DNA of 26,366 bases from an uncultured Oscillospiraceae bacterium (GTDB lineage: Bacteria; Bacillota; Clostridia; UMGS1883), in NCBI GenBank assembly GCA_964541335.1, contig CAZIQC010000001.1:1-26366 (forward strand), given 5' to 3'. This document shows positions 25,643 through 26,366 of the stretch, piece by piece. The notes under the pieces are model-generated. The model was not told where the DNA came from and did no database searches. It saw nothing but the letters and a program-made list of their open reading frames with translations. Position numbers and translations under genes: made by a program. Numbering within the stretch: position 1 is the stretch's first letter; each line of letters begins with the position of its first letter.

Positions 25643-26342
25643 GCTTCTTGAAATAAAGAATATGGTCGTGTCGTACGGCGGTATAGAGGCGGTAAAAAAC
25701 ATTTCGCTGGACGTTCCCGAAGGGGAAATCGTAACACTTATCGGCGCAAACGGCGCGGGTAAGAGCACCACTCTTAAGGCAATTGCGGGCATTGTTAAGG
25801 CGCGCAGTGCGTCGATTATGTATGACGGAGTGCAGATTTTCGGGAAAGCACCCTACGATATTGTAAAAAGCGGAATAACCCTTGTTCCCGAGGGGAGAAA
25901 GGTTTTCCCCAATCTTACCGTAAAGGAAAACCTGCTTATGGGCGCATATCTTCGCCGCGACGATTTAAGCGAGGATTTTCGCTATGTATACGATTTGTTC
26001 CCGCGCCTTAAGGAGCGCGAATGGCAGCTTGCGGGAACGCTCTCCGGCGGAGAACAGCAAATGCTTGCCGTGGGTCGTGCGCTGATGTCGCGCCCGCGCC
26101 TGATTATGATGGACGAACCGTCGCTCGGACTTGCACCGCTTGTTGTAAAGGGTATATTTGATATTATCAAGGAAATAAACAAGCGCGGCGTAACAATACT
26201 TTTAATCGAGCAAAATGCCAATATGGCACTTAAAACGGCACATATCGGCTATGTTTTGGAAACGGGCGAGATTACGCTTTGCGGTATGGGGCAAGAGCTT
26301 CTTGCAAACGAATCCGTGAAAAAAGCATATCTCGGAAAATAA
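25635..26342 (+). CDS. livF: Branched-chain amino acid ABC transporter ATP-binding protein LivF
   Basis: GANGAGKST, VPEGRKVF, LSGGEQQMLA, MDEPSLGLAP, IEQNA, AYLG. Confidence 0.96.
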   Translation: MSKLLEIKNMVVSYGGIEAVKNISLDVPEGEIVTLIGANGAGKSTTLKAIAGIVKARSASIMYDGVQIFGKAPYDIVKSGITLVPEGRKVFPNLTVKENLLMGAYLRRDDLSEDFRYVYDLFPRLKEREWQLAGTLSGGEQQMLAVGRALMSRPRLIMMDEPSLGLAPLVVKGIFDIIKEINKRGVTILLIEQNANMALKTAHIGYVLETGEITLCGMGQELLANESVKKAYLGK

Positions 26343-26366
26343 AACGAATTTAAACCGACCCACCGC

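Noticed and set aside
1-26366. CRISPR arrays, IS elements, prophage, rRNA, riboswitches
   Set aside because: No regularly spaced repeats, transposase or phage genes, rRNA-like stretches or recognisable aptamer motifs; intergenic regions are too short for most.

Overview
Core-genome window from a low-to-mid GC Firmicute, probably spore-forming Clostridia (inferred from sigH, spoIIIE/ftsK, remA and the gene order). From left to right: the 3' end of a probable GyrI-like/MerR-type regulator (+); a minus-strand block uppP-ftsK | sigH-tRNA-Gly(CCC)-double zinc-ribbon gene; valS (+); a tightly coupled 15-gene minus-strand operon (yicC, remA, gmk, rpoZ, priA, def, fmt, Zn-peptidase, rsmB, rlmN, stp, pknB, rsgA, rpe, 5-formyl-THF cyclo-ligase); and a divergent livKHMGF branched-chain amino acid ABC transporter (+). 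Several near-consensus sigmaA promoters and terminators are readable. I see no mobile element, CRISPR array, defence system or pseudogene, and cannot support a clearly new biological system. The best leads are the sigH-tRNA-zinc-ribbon unit, departures from canonical gene order (no coaBC, thiN slot replaced, sigH relocated), a valS leader without a T-box, a LivG insertion and several unexplained intergenic inverted repeats. Many start coordinates were moved from the ORF track to the codon with a proper RBS.
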